Shown: positions 1 to 10,744, counted from the stretch's first letter. The stretch: DNA of 64,000 nt from Promethearchaeota archaeon Loki_b31 (GCA_005222975.1 NJBI01000008.1:19818-83817); one strand, 5' to 3'. Translations and numbers: made by a program. The notes: generated by a model not told the origin, from the letters alone.

Positions 1-103
1 ATTTTAGTTATGCAAAATCTTTATTTTTGATATATATATACTTTTTTCGTTAGGAACTGATCTTCCTTAATTTTTTAAGGAATTAGTATAATAAAAAATA
101 AAA

Positions 104-1159
104 TTAAGGTTCTAGATTTATTAATGGATAGGTTCCATATTTTGAACCAGCATTTATTAATGATTTAATATTTGCTGATGGAGTTCCTGGGGCGATATCG
201 CAAGCAGTACTAAGCATAAATTTACCCCCTTCTGCAGCCGCCCTAATACACGATTTTGCTTCTTCTTCGACCTGTTGAGCTGTTCCATATCGCATGGTTG
301 CTGTTGACACATTACCCATAAGAATTATAAATTTTTTTCCTAAAGCTTCTTTCGCTTTTTTTAAATCTACCATATCAACGCTAATTACTAGTATTTTAGG
401 GACTCTCGTAAGAGGTTTTAATATATTATAAACCTCTCCACATATATGTACCAAAAACGCAACAGTATTTACTTTTCTGGAAATTTTTTTATAATAGGGA
501 AAAGCAAACTTCTGAAAAAATTGAGGGGAAATGCACGTACACGAAGCGCTTGGATCAGATAACACAGCCAAATCAGCACCTGTTTCCATTTGTTCGTTTA
601 AAAAATCAATAATTGAATCTGTCGTTACATCTAAAATTTTGTGTACGAGATCTGGGTTATTGATCATATTTCTCATTAGGTTTTCCATACCCCACACTGA
701 ACCCGCGGCGGTAATTGGTCCTTCAACTCCAGCACCGATGATGTTTTCTGAGTTTTTAAATTTTTTAACATAGTTTCTGCAAGTTTCAATGATTACTGGC
801 ATTCTACCATCTTTATTAGGATCTGCCGTTTCTAAAACTTCGATGTCTTCTGCCGTTTTAACCGCTGCGATTTCGTGTACGGGTATTACATCGGGCATGT
901 AAGTTAAAGTCGCACCTAAGGCTTCACCAATTACATTTAAGTCAGAAAAACCTATAACAAAAGGCAAATTAAATTCTTTAGCGACATATAATTGAGCAGC
1001 GGCGTGTTTTTTACCGTCTTTCATTATCTCATAGGCGGGTATTCCTGTATGATTGTGATACGACCATATAGAGTAGCCTAATATAATTGGAAACGAAGGG
1101 ACGCTAGTTCCTGATTTACCTAATATCCCCCGGAAATAATCGGTATCAATTAGTTCCAT
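104..1159 (-). CDS. Uroporphyrinogen decarboxylase / MtaA-CmuA family methylcobamide methyltransferase (MT2)
   Basis: 351 aa; GPITAAG, DPSAS, HICG and C-terminal STACD Zn-ligand motifs; overlaps the corrinoid protein gene by 1 nt. Confidence 0.85.
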   Translation of the reverse strand: MELIDTDYFRGILGKSGTSVPSFPIILGYSIWSYHNHTGIPAYEIMKDGKKHAAAQLYVAKEFNLPFVIGFSDLNVIGEALGATLTYMPDVIPVHEIAAVKTAEDIEVLETADPNKDGRMPVIIETCRNYVKKFKNSENIIGAGVEGPITAAGSVWGMENLMRNMINNPDLVHKILDVTTDSIIDFLNEQMETGADLAVLSDPSASCTCISPQFFQKFAFPYYKKISRKVNTVAFLVHICGEVYNILKPLTRVPKILVISVDMVDLKKAKEALGKKFIILMGNVSTATMRYGTAQQVEEEAKSCIRAAAEGGKFMLSTACDIAPGTPSANIKSLINAGSKYGTYPLINLEP

Positions 1160-1806
1160 TAGCTTTTTTCCTCCAATATTAGTTCATCTAATATTTTAGC
1201 CGCTTTTGAAGCATCGTCACAATGTATTACTCCAATCTTTTGAGCAAATTGTTCGCTAGTAGCAGCACCTCCAATAATTATTTTTAACTTTTCTTTGAGA
1301 TTTTCTTCTTTTAATAGCTCGATTAAATTGGTAATACTCTCTAATGTTGGGTTCATTAATGTAGATAATGCTAATACATCTGCGTTGTTTTCTTTAATAG
1401 TTTTAATAAAGATATCTGGTTGTACGTTCCTTCCGCAATCTATAACCTTATATCCAGAAGCTTCTAAAAAAAGTTTAGTTAAATTCTTGCCTATATCGTG
1501 CACATCCCCATGTACGACACCAATTACGACAATTGCTTTACTTTTTGTATTTGTAAGATCTAGATGTGGTTTGAAAACTTCCAAAGCGTCGTATAAAGCA
1601 TCAGCAGAAATAGAAATAATAATTTCGGGTAAAAAGTATTCTCGTTCAGCGTAAAGGTCGCTTACGATTCTCATCCCTTCGTTTAACCCCTTAAAAATCG
1701 CATCGTTGATATCTACACCTTGGGAAATTATGTTTTTTGCGATAGATACGGCTAACTCTGAATTTCCTTCTATGACCGCGTTCGATAAATCTTTAAATGA
1801 ATTCAT
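1159..1806 (-). CDS. Corrinoid (B12-binding) methyltransferase cognate protein, MtbC/MttC-like
   Basis: 215 aa; GDVHDIGKNL B12-binding motif, ALSTLM and IIGGA motifs, N-terminal cap domain. Confidence 0.92.
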   Translation of the reverse strand: MNSFKDLSNAVIEGNSELAVSIAKNIISQGVDINDAIFKGLNEGMRIVSDLYAEREYFLPEIIISISADALYDALEVFKPHLDLTNTKSKAIVVIGVVHGDVHDIGKNLTKLFLEASGYKVIDCGRNVQPDIFIKTIKENNADVLALSTLMNPTLESITNLIELLKEENLKEKLKIIIGGAATSEQFAQKIGVIHCDDASKAAKILDELILEEKS

Positions 1807-1895
1807 AATAATAATTTTAAATTAACTTGTTATTAAAAATATACAAAATTCGTAATCTCTTACCAATAGTAAGAAGAAATTCTTAAATGAAAAAT

Positions 1896-2681
1896 TTATT
1901 TTGCGATTTTATTAGCTATTAAAGCGGCAGAAGCTCCTGCTCCAAACCCATTGTCAATGTTGACTACTAATAATCCTGGTGAGCATGATTGAAGCATCGT
2001 TGTTAAAGCACCAATACCTTTTTCCCCTAAACCATATCCACTAGATATGGGAACGCCTATTACAGGAATGTCAACGAGCGCTGCAACTATCCCTGGCAAG
2101 GTTCCCTCCATGCCTGCGCATACAATTACTACGTGAATATCTTCTTTAATCATTTCACTGAGAGGTTTAAAAAGACGATGAATGCCAGCAATTCCTAAAT
2201 CGTAGCTAGTAAATGTTTCACATCCCATTGATTCTGCAATCACTTTAGCTTCCTCAGCAATAGGGATATCTGAACTTCCGGCTGAAATTATACCAATTCT
2301 TCCACCTTTCTTTTTGAATTTGAAATCTTTTTCTTTTACTATTACAATTTTAGCCAATTCGTTAACAACTAACGATAATTCTTCTTTGATACCAAATTCT
2401 TTAGAAATTAAAGCCTTTTGGTCGTCTTTATACCTTGATACAATAGCAAATTTATTTTTCTTTAAGAACGAATAAATTATTTCTATAATCATTTGAGGAG
2501 TTTTGTTTTCCGCATAAATAACCTCAACAACGCCAGTGCGTAACCTTCTGAAGACATCTAATTTAGCAAAATCTCCAACTTCTTCGATAGTATTAGCCTT
2601 CAACATTTTTTCTGCCTCTTCAATAGAACACTTCTTATCAAGCAGTTTGTTTAAAATTTCTCTAATCTCATCCACACTCAA
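1896..2681 (-). CDS. larB: Nickel-pincer cofactor biosynthesis protein LarB (AIR-carboxylase-like)
   Basis: AGSSDIPIAEEA, DLGIAGIHRL, AGMEGTLP, PVIGVPISSGYG, VVNIDNGFGA motifs. Confidence 0.9.
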   Translation of the reverse strand: MSVDEIREILNKLLDKKCSIEEAEKMLKANTIEEVGDFAKLDVFRRLRTGVVEVIYAENKTPQMIIEIIYSFLKKNKFAIVSRYKDDQKALISKEFGIKEELSLVVNELAKIVIVKEKDFKFKKKGGRIGIISAGSSDIPIAEEAKVIAESMGCETFTSYDLGIAGIHRLFKPLSEMIKEDIHVVIVCAGMEGTLPGIVAALVDIPVIGVPISSGYGLGEKGIGALTTMLQSCSPGLLVVNIDNGFGAGASAALIANKIAK

Positions 2682-2869
2682 TCACCAATTTAAAACGTTT
2701 CAAACTTTCAGTTCATAATAATTTACTAGTATAATATATACTAAATAGAATCTTTTGGTCTTAATAAATTTAAAAACATAGCTCCAATGTATTAATTATA
2801 CTATTTGATTATTTTAATATTACATAGAATCTAACGATAGATTTAAAAATATTAATTGAATCCCATTAG

Positions 2870-3772
2870 ATGAATTCACAAGGTGTTTATATGAGAAAAC
2901 GACAACAAATACTTTCCGTTCTTATTGCTCTATTTCTCCTAACGAACGGTATCGTTTTACCCATTAATATAACAGCACCTCCTCCTCCGATACCAGATCA
3001 ATTTATCGCAGATATTTTTCCCCGCACCAACACAACCGTTCGCTTAATAAACATCAACACGATGATTACCATAGATGCTACCGACTTTTCTAACAAAATA
3101 GGAATTAATTTTGATGGAAATTACACGCTGTTTAACCCAGAAAATACTACGAATCTTATCCTAATCTTGCCATTCTCGCTATGTATAGATGTCCAAAACT
3201 CCACTTTTGAAGCGTCCGTAAACGATACCCAAATCCCTTTCGAAGTGTTAAGTAATACTGAAGAAAACTTAACTAGTACGGGAATAAATCTTGATTGCTT
3301 GAAGTTTTTTGTCGTCCATTGCCCAATAACTTTAATTACTTCCAATTTAACCCTTTTAGAAAACAAAACTTACGTTATTAATTATCAATTCAGCGGTTCA
3401 ATACCTAAACCGTTAGGTTTTCGGAATTTATTCTACATGGCGTATTATTTAGAAACTGCAAGAGTTTGGAAAGGAAATCTAACGCAAAGAGTAGAGTTTA
3501 AATTATTTGGTAAGCTTCCTATATATTGTACAGTAGCGAGGTATGGGGAGTACGATGGGGATTGGCAAATCTCAGATATTCAAGGAGGGCAAAGTGTTAT
3601 ATTAGAATGGAATAAAGGAAAAGTTGACATGGTGTATGTAGGAATTAGCTATTACGGATCTACATCCGATGATGTCTTTGGAATCGTTGCTATAGTCGTT
3701 CTTAATGGCTTGGCGTATATAGCAATAATAAGCGGTGTAGTAATATGGATAAAAAGAAAGAAAAGGAACTAA
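2870..3772 (+). CDS. Hypothetical secreted protein with C-terminal membrane anchor
   Basis: N-terminal signal-like hydrophobic stretch, many NxT/S sequons, C-terminal TM helix followed by KRKKRN. Confidence 0.7.
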   Translation: MNSQGVYMRKRQQILSVLIALFLLTNGIVLPINITAPPPPIPDQFIADIFPRTNTTVRLININTMITIDATDFSNKIGINFDGNYTLFNPENTTNLILILPFSLCIDVQNSTFEASVNDTQIPFEVLSNTEENLTSTGINLDCLKFFVVHCPITLITSNLTLLENKTYVINYQFSGSIPKPLGFRNLFYMAYYLETARVWKGNLTQRVEFKLFGKLPIYCTVARYGEYDGDWQISDIQGGQSVILEWNKGKVDMVYVGISYYGSTSDDVFGIVAIVVLNGLAYIAIISGVVIWIKRKKRN

Positions 3773-3910
3773 TTACTTATCTCTAAAGCTCATTATTTTT
3801 ATTATTTTTGAGTTTAGCAAAAATTTAGGTTTTAAAAAACAATATTAACTAATCAAACTTTTTTTGATATTAATCAATACTATTATTATATCCATTAAAA
3901 GTGGTTTTAA

Positions 3911-5128
3911 ATGTTTGATTATAAATCGTATAAAGATGTTGATTTAAAAGGAAAAAAAGTTTTGATGAGAGTCGATATCAACTCTAATATCGACATTGAA
4001 AACAATAGAATTCGCGAATCACCTCGTATTCATGCTTTAATTCCGTCATTAGAAGAATTAAAAGATAGTGCTGTAGTAATTATGGCACATCAATCTCGCC
4101 CAGGAGCTAAAGATTTTACTTCTTTGGAAATGCATGCCGAAGAAATACGAAAACTATTAGATCGTCCTGTAATATATGTAGAAGATGTTTTTGGAGAAAA
4201 GGCAATACATGCAATAAAAGATCTCAAAACAGGGGAAGTTTTAGTTCTTAATAATGTGCGAACCTGGGAACTTGAAACTAAACAATTTAAAGATTTCTCC
4301 GAAGCTGAAGAATTAGAAATGATTCAAACTCTTGCGCCATTATTCGATTATTTCATCGCAGATGCGTTTGGTGCGGCCCATAGAGCACAACCTTCGATAA
4401 TTGGATGGCCTACCTTACTTGCAGGTCCTACGACAGTTAAAGAATTTAAATACATGAGTAAAATAATAGAAAGCCCAGAAAAACCTATGGTCATGCTTAT
4501 TGGAGGAGCGAAAGCAATAGATAAATTTAAAGCTATGAAATTTAATTTTGAAAACGATAAACTTGATTACGCACTTTGCTCCGGTTTAACGGCAATCTTA
4601 ATTATGGAAGCTATAGGAATCGAAACTGGGGAACCTAATAAGGCGGCAATAGCAAAAGATTTAGACAAAGCAAAAGAGGACATCAAGGACACATACGAAA
4701 AATTCAAAGATAAGATAATTTTACCAAAAGACTTGGTAATTGACGATAATGGCAACAGAAAAGCAATTAATATCGACGAATTAAAGAAATATAATGCCGT
4801 AACTGGTGATATTGGACCTAAAACTACGGAAGAATTCAAAAGTATAATCATTAAAGCTAAAACTATCATCGCTAACGGCCCACCAGGAATATTTGAAAAA
4901 GAAGTGTTTAGAAAAGGAACTTTTGATATGGTTGAAGCAATGGCTGAAGCTGCTAAAACAGGGGGAGCACTTGCCGTAATTGGAGGCGGCGAAATGGGAA
5001 CTGCAGCAGAAATGTCTGGATATGCAAAAGATGTTTCATTTATTTCTACTGGTGGAGGCGCATTGTTAGAAATATTATCTGGAAAGGATGTACCAATGGT
5101 AAGAGCTCTAAGAGAAAAAAAACCATAA
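3911..5128 (+). CDS. pgk: Phosphoglycerate kinase
   Basis: RVDINS, AHQSRPG, DAFGAAHR, GGAK, NGPPGIFE, ISTGGGALLE motifs. Confidence 0.97.
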   Translation: MFDYKSYKDVDLKGKKVLMRVDINSNIDIENNRIRESPRIHALIPSLEELKDSAVVIMAHQSRPGAKDFTSLEMHAEEIRKLLDRPVIYVEDVFGEKAIHAIKDLKTGEVLVLNNVRTWELETKQFKDFSEAEELEMIQTLAPLFDYFIADAFGAAHRAQPSIIGWPTLLAGPTTVKEFKYMSKIIESPEKPMVMLIGGAKAIDKFKAMKFNFENDKLDYALCSGLTAILIMEAIGIETGEPNKAAIAKDLDKAKEDIKDTYEKFKDKIILPKDLVIDDNGNRKAINIDELKKYNAVTGDIGPKTTEEFKSIIIKAKTIIANGPPGIFEKEVFRKGTFDMVEAMAEAAKTGGALAVIGGGEMGTAAEMSGYAKDVSFISTGGGALLEILSGKDVPMVRALREKKP

Positions 5129-5201
5129 AATAATACTTTATTTAATTTTTTTTACTATTTTATTACCTAAAAAAGTAAATCATCTCTAATATTAAATTAA
5201 G

Positions 5202-5837
5202 ATGAAAAATCTAGAATATTTTATTTGGGATTTTGACGGAACTTTATTTAATACATATCCTGCCATTGCCTTAACAATAGTAAATCTGATAAAAAAAATT
5301 TATAATAAAGATTTAAATTTTAACAATGTCAAAGAATTGTGTCAAGATAGTCTTTATTCTTGTTTTAATCAAATATCAAGAGAGTTAAATATTAATAGAG
5401 AAAAACTTCAACAAGAATTTGCTCGTGAATATTCAAATACTAAAGAAAGTGAAGAACCACCTTTTTCTGGTGCGATAGAAATTCTTAAATTTATTAGAAA
5501 TAAAGGAGGAAAAAATTTTATTGTTACTCATCGAGGAAAAAAAAAATTATATAAACTTTTAAAATATTACAAAATAAGGCATCTTTTTGAAGATATCATA
5601 ACACATGAACATGGGTATCCCAAAAAACCGAACCCTACATCATTTCTTTATCTGATTGAGAAATATAAAATTCCTAGAGAAAATATACTCTCGATTGGTG
5701 ATCGAGATATTGATATTCAGGCTGCTAGAAAAATTAATATAAATTCTTGCTATTTTAATCCTAATGGAAAAATTAATCATTTAGCCGATTTAAACATAAG
5801 AAGTTTTTTTGAGTTAAAAAAGAAACTCAATCCATAA
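5202..5837 (+). CDS. HAD-superfamily hydrolase (phosphoglycolate-phosphatase-like)
   Basis: WDFDGTL motif I, KPNP motif III, IGDRDID motif IV. Confidence 0.9.
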   Translation: MKNLEYFIWDFDGTLFNTYPAIALTIVNLIKKIYNKDLNFNNVKELCQDSLYSCFNQISRELNINREKLQQEFAREYSNTKESEEPPFSGAIEILKFIRNKGGKNFIVTHRGKKKLYKLLKYYKIRHLFEDIITHEHGYPKKPNPTSFLYLIEKYKIPRENILSIGDRDIDIQAARKININSCYFNPNGKINHLADLNIRSFFELKKKLNP

Positions 5838-5975
5838 TGGTTTCTTGAATCTACAATTATTCATATAAATTTAAATATTACATAATTTCACAAGAAAACT
5901 AATAAAATATTTATTTTTTAATAATATAAAATACATATCTCTAAGTTTAGTATTTTTTATACTAAAATTAAACAC

Positions 5976-6050
5976 GGGCCAATGGTCTAGTGGTATGACA
6001 TCTGCTTGACGTGCAGAAGGTCGGGAGTTCAATCCTCCCTTGGCCCACCA
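5976..6050 (+). tRNA. tRNA-Val(GAC), CCA encoded
   Basis: GGGCCAA/TTGGCCC acceptor stem, TCTGC-TTGACGT-GCAGA anticodon arm, GTTCAATC T-loop, terminal ACCA. Confidence 0.96.
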
Positions 6051-6075
6051 AATTACAGAAAAGAATTAGATTAAA

Positions 6076-6555
6076 ATGCCATTAAAATTTCGCTGGTCAT
6101 CTAAGGAATATATATCGGTTGCTTTTATGCTATTCGGTGCTTGTGGGCTTTTCCAGTTATTTTTTATATTTGTAGCTCAATACTTTTTAGGCGTAGGTAA
6201 TCATCTTGTTGTAATCCTAATCCCTATTGGAGCAACAGTAGCCTTATTTTTTGGCGTGGTTATTATTTTTGAATCGTTTGCTCAAGTCGAAAGAAAGAAA
6301 AAATTAAAAACTCAATTTAGTAAATCGCGACAAAACATTTCGAAAATTCAAAAATTCTTGTATTTTCCAATTGTGAGACCTTTAATTATAACTTTCCCTA
6401 TTTTTACTATTCTATTTTTTAGTACATATGGAGTATGTTATACTTTCTTAAACAATAGCATGTCATTTTTAATTGCGGAGAATTTAGCCACATTAATTTC
6501 CTTACTAATAGCTAATTATATTGAGAAAAAATACGCAAGAATCCAAAGATATTAA
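6076..6555 (+). CDS. Hypothetical membrane protein (about 4 TM)
   Basis: 159 aa with four hydrophobic segments. Confidence 0.7.
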   Translation: MPLKFRWSSKEYISVAFMLFGACGLFQLFFIFVAQYFLGVGNHLVVILIPIGATVALFFGVVIIFESFAQVERKKKLKTQFSKSRQNISKIQKFLYFPIVRPLIITFPIFTILFFSTYGVCYTFLNNSMSFLIAENLATLISLLIANYIEKKYARIQRY

Positions 6556-6704
6556 ATAAATTTGAGAGATTAAAAAAAACTGTATATAAATCAACAATTT
6601 TAATTTTCTAACTCAGTTAAAATTTAAATATTAAAGTAATTAAAAATTAATTACAGTTCATATTTAATAGGAACTTTTAAATTATATTACGATTATTAAG
6701 ATTT

Positions 6705-7556
6705 TTGAATATGAAGAAAATAGAAGTTCGTTGCCCCTCATGTGCCGGTAGAGGCTTTATTGAAGTTTCTGAAGAAAAGGTAGGAAAAGTTGAAAGAGGG
6801 GTGTTTGCAGTAAATGTGTCGGAAGGAATTATTTGTGAGCATTCTTTCGTTGCTTATATAGATAAGAACTTCATGGTGAGAGACACATTCATAACAGATT
6901 TCCAATTAGAAGTTCCTGATATAATTCCTAAAAAAAGTATAGAACCTAAGGCCTCCGCTCAACTTGATTCAATTAATGTAAGTTTAATCAAACTTAATTT
7001 GTCTGCTTCTTTAATCGCTTACATAATTAGGGCTATTTTACATAAGAGAAAGATCGTTTTAATTTTTGACCAGCTATTTATGTTTGATGATGTTCGAAGG
7101 TTTTTTGACTATATAACAAGAAATTCTTTTGAAACTGAGCTTGTTGTCATTTCAGAAGATCAATATAATAGCGAAAGTTATAACGATTATATTGTCTTTA
7201 ACCGTAAGGATGTTATAAAGGACGATGATGGTATTATTGATGTAAAAAAATTAGGCGTAGAAAGAGCCTTGGTTCAGAAATTTTTTGAGGAATATGAGCC
7301 AATACCCAGTTTAATATATCTACAAAATGGACTTCAAAAAGCTTACGAATTATCTGAAACGATAGCAGACATAGTTAAAGGTTTAAAAAAGAAAGAGCAG
7401 GTTTATTCGAAAAAAATAATTAAAGATTTATCTAAAATTCACAATGTAAAAATCCAATTAACATATCTCAATTTTCTTTTTAAAATCGTTGAGAATTATT
7501 TCAAGATTGAGGTTCCTAAATCTTCAAAGGTTTCAAATTTTCTTGGAACTTTGTAA
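6705..7556 (+). CDS. Hypothetical protein with N-terminal Zn-ribbon (CPSC...CEH)
   Basis: 283-aa ORF; CxxC plus CxH ligands near the N-terminus. Confidence 0.65.
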   Translation: MNMKKIEVRCPSCAGRGFIEVSEEKVGKVERGVFAVNVSEGIICEHSFVAYIDKNFMVRDTFITDFQLEVPDIIPKKSIEPKASAQLDSINVSLIKLNLSASLIAYIIRAILHKRKIVLIFDQLFMFDDVRRFFDYITRNSFETELVVISEDQYNSESYNDYIVFNRKDVIKDDDGIIDVKKLGVERALVQKFFEEYEPIPSLIYLQNGLQKAYELSETIADIVKGLKKKEQVYSKKIIKDLSKIHNVKIQLTYLNFLFKIVENYFKIEVPKSSKVSNFLGTL

Positions 7557-7639
7557 GGAAGCTTTTTTCTATTTTTAGAATTCAAGTGATACAGATCGTG
7601 AAACAATCCTTTCACGAAGTTTTGTAAAATCGTAAAAGT

Positions 7640-8431
7640 CTATTTATTTGGTTTCCGACAGCGTATAATCAAAAAATAGGGTATAATTGTGCTATCATGC
7701 TCCCCTGGAAAATTTTTTAAAATTTCATCATCGGGATAAGGTTCGCAAAATTCCTCTAAAACTAAACCTTTTGCTATCAATAAATTAAGCCATTCTGATA
7801 GTATCATATTAAATCGGGGAATTCTAAATTTCCTCATTTTATCGGTCATATCTTTTGGAGCCGCTCCAAAGATCCATTCTTCAATCTCACCATTAAACTT
7901 TTTAAAATAGTCCCCTACAATTAATCCAATCCTTCTACCTTCTTCATCCTTAACCCATTCCCATTTAGGTGTTGCAAAACAAGGATGAGAAATTGAAAAT
8001 TGGAAGAAACCACCGGGCTTTATAACTCTATAGGCTTCAGCTATTGCTATTTCGGTTTCTGCGATATCCATCAAACTCATTGTAGCTACTGCAAAATCAA
8101 AATTGTTATCTGGATATGGAAGCTCTGTTGCACTTGCAACTTCATAAATAATTCCTAATGGTTCTTGCTGTTCTTTTTCTTTTGCATATTTGATAAACAC
8201 TTTAGAAATGTCAATTGCCGTTAATTTTGCTCCTTTTTTTGCAGAAATTCTAGTGTTGTATCCTTCTCCACTACCAATGTCTAACCCTTTTAAGTTTACA
8301 ATATCGGGTAGTATTTTAAAAAAAGCTGGTGAATTAATTAAATCTCTGCATCGATCATATCCCATTCTGGCGAGTCTTGTCCAATTTTCTGCATTTTCAT
8401 CCCAGTATTTACTAACTTCTTTATCATCCAT
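7640..8431 (-). CDS. Class I SAM-dependent methyltransferase
   Basis: LDIGSGEG motif I, AIDIS, LPYPDNNFD, RVIKPGG. Confidence 0.92.
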   Translation of the reverse strand: MDDKEVSKYWDENAENWTRLARMGYDRCRDLINSPAFFKILPDIVNLKGLDIGSGEGYNTRISAKKGAKLTAIDISKVFIKYAKEKEQQEPLGIIYEVASATELPYPDNNFDFAVATMSLMDIAETEIAIAEAYRVIKPGGFFQFSISHPCFATPKWEWVKDEEGRRIGLIVGDYFKKFNGEIEEWIFGAAPKDMTDKMRKFRIPRFNMILSEWLNLLIAKGLVLEEFCEPYPDDEILKNFPGEHDSTIIPYFLIIRCRKPNK

Positions 8432-8511
8432 CTGAAATTACCTCATCTTCTCATACATCTTATTAGGTAATCATTTTAGTTTAAAAAAGATATAAGAAAT
8501 ATTGAAAAAAA

Positions 8512-8643
8512 TGCGCCGCCCGGGAATCGAACCCGGGTCACCAAGTTGGCAACCTGTTTTACCCATATTGCTTTGCAACATTGGTGTATACTGACCAATC
8601 TACATTCTATTAAGATATTTAATAGAATCTATACTAGCAGCGC
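8512..8643 (-). tRNA. tRNA-Gly(GCC) with two non-canonical introns (~8627-8599 and ~8585-8557)
   Basis: Acceptor GCGCTGC/GCGGCGC-A, T arm CCGGG-TTCGATT-CCCGG, anticodon loop TTGCCAA; removing two 29-nt hairpin inserts restores a cloverleaf. Confidence 0.88.
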
Positions 8644-8737
8644 TTTTTAGTATAAGTCGTTTAACGATATAAAAAATATATTAAGAAATTAAAATTTATT
8701 GCTTTAATAGGAGTTAATATAAAGAAGGTAATAAGGT

Positions 8738-9601
8738 TTAATTTCTTAATTCAAAATTCACTTCTACATTAGATGTAATACCCAATTTACTTGCTTTTTT
8801 CCTTATATATTTTATTCTGTGTTCTTTTAGCCAATCTGAAATTATGAAAGCTGGAATTATAGGAATAACTATAACCAATGGAAACGGGACAAACACAATT
8901 AATAGCATAATGAATAACGTTAAAGAAAGGTCATTTGCAAGTTGAGGTATAAATAAATTCATAAAATCAATATAGGAAAGTATTACTGATACTCCAGCGT
9001 AACCTTTTAAAAACTGTCCGTACCATCTTCCAACAGATCTGATTTCAGCAGGTTTATTTGAATCTTCTGCTCTTTTTAAGTTAGAATATAATATACCGGA
9101 ATCCTTTAGAAACCACGTACTTGAAAATACCAAACTCGCTATACCAATTGTTAGCATTAATAAAGCTAAAAACGTGGTTAGGTCATCAAGAAAACTATCT
9201 GGATCTGATCCAACTGATAGTGAGATAACCCAACGTGTAGTTAAAAGCAAGGACAAGTTGATTGCCATTAGTGCTGAAAATATTCCTTCAGAAAAAAATT
9301 TAAATCCTTTAAAATCCTTGTTATATATCCCATATTCCACTTTAGATCCAAATATTCTTTTATGAGTAAAAAGAAGGATCGGAGCAAAAACATATCCTCC
9401 TATTAATACCCCTAAAATTGATGATAAAGGTAAAATCACTATAAAAATCAACCCAATTTCAATTCCAATATCTGATATTGGGATAAAATAAGTTAAGTTT
9501 AAGCTAGGAAGGAATTTTGATAATGCAATAGATAAAATTATAATAAAAATGCAATAGAAGATATAAATGATTATAGGTTTTGAATACTTAGATTTTAACA
9601 T
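8738..9601 (-). CDS. Hypothetical polytopic membrane protein
   Basis: 287 aa with about 6 hydrophobic helices. Confidence 0.7.
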   Translation of the reverse strand: MLKSKYSKPIIIYIFYCIFIIILSIALSKFLPSLNLTYFIPISDIGIEIGLIFIVILPLSSILGVLIGGYVFAPILLFTHKRIFGSKVEYGIYNKDFKGFKFFSEGIFSALMAINLSLLLTTRWVISLSVGSDPDSFLDDLTTFLALLMLTIGIASLVFSSTWFLKDSGILYSNLKRAEDSNKPAEIRSVGRWYGQFLKGYAGVSVILSYIDFMNLFIPQLANDLSLTLFIMLLIVFVPFPLVIVIPIIPAFIISDWLKEHRIKYIRKKASKLGITSNVEVNFELRN

Positions 9602-9634
9602 TTCAAATCAAAAATTTTTATGAAATTTATTCAA

Positions 9635-10651
9635 TTAAACAATCTTTGAAACTTTTTGTTTTATCTCATTATTATCGATAAAGACTTCTAATTCACTTAA
9701 GCTATTAGGTAAGCCCTCTCGAACCCCAGTCTCTTTGCTTTCTAAGTAAGACATTGCTGTTGCCATCTTAGAAGATTTCTCTAGACTAAACTCGTTTAGT
9801 TGGGATATTAGAAGCCCGCTTAGAAAAGCATCTCCTGCTCCTGTGGTGTCTTCTACCGGCCCCTCATAAATTGAACTGTTCACAATGTGTTTACCATCAG
9901 ATATAATTGAGCCATTGGGACCATCGGTAATTGAAATTAATTTTATTCCAAGATCTAAAAAAGTATGAATCATATGAACTATATCTGTCTCGCTTGTAAA
10001 CTCTTGAGCCTCTTCTTTATTTAATGAAACTACATTTGAGTTTGAAATAAGAATTTTTGCCCATTTTGGGTTGTTTTTTATAATTGACATGCTGGGTGCG
10101 GCAAATACTTTACCACCGTTTTCTAAAGTGAGCGTCAGTGCTTTCTCAATTGCTCTACAACCATTTTCGGTAGTTAACGATGTCCAAGCAAACGCTTTAA
10201 TATTTTGAAACAAATCGGCTTTCACATCCTCAGGTTTTAACATGTTATTTGCGCCTTTATACGCAAGAATACTTCTGTCTTTTCCCCACTCAGTTTTTAA
10301 AATTACTGAGAACGCCGTACAATCATCATCAGTTTGAATGACACTTGAAAGATCTACTCCTCTTTTTTTCATATCTTCTAGACAAATACTTGCCGAAAAG
10401 TCGTTCCCTAATACTCCAAGATAAGCGCTTTTTAACCCCAACATCGCACAATTTGACGCAATATTGGCAGCAGAACCTCCAGGGACAAATAGAACGCCAT
10501 CGACATTCAGTTTGCGACTGTATTCAATTGCAGTGTATTTTTTAACAATTTCTTTATCAAACAATTCAAATCTAAGGATATCCTTAACTTGTAGCATACA
10601 ATCAAGAGTACAACTACCAATCGTTATTAATTCTGGATTCATTTTTAACAC
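9635..10651 (-). CDS. PfkB/ribokinase-family carbohydrate kinase
   Basis: PGGSAANIA, LNKEEA and DTTGAGDAF signature motifs. Confidence 0.93.
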   Translation of the reverse strand: MLKMNPELITIGSCTLDCMLQVKDILRFELFDKEIVKKYTAIEYSRKLNVDGVLFVPGGSAANIASNCAMLGLKSAYLGVLGNDFSASICLEDMKKRGVDLSSVIQTDDDCTAFSVILKTEWGKDRSILAYKGANNMLKPEDVKADLFQNIKAFAWTSLTTENGCRAIEKALTLTLENGGKVFAAPSMSIIKNNPKWAKILISNSNVVSLNKEEAQEFTSETDIVHMIHTFLDLGIKLISITDGPNGSIISDGKHIVNSSIYEGPVEDTTGAGDAFLSGLLISQLNEFSLEKSSKMATAMSYLESKETGVREGLPNSLSELEVFIDNNEIKQKVSKIV

Positions 10652-10744
10652 TTTTAAATATTGAATTAGAGAATAAATTAAAAATAGAGTTTAAGCTTAA
10701 ATAATTTTGCTTGGTAGTCAAAAAGGGAAACTTAAAAAAAAAAT

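Noticed and set aside
5976-8643. tRNA genes as attachment sites for the 30-64 kb island
   Set aside because: No duplicated tRNA 3' end or integrase gene was seen in the window.
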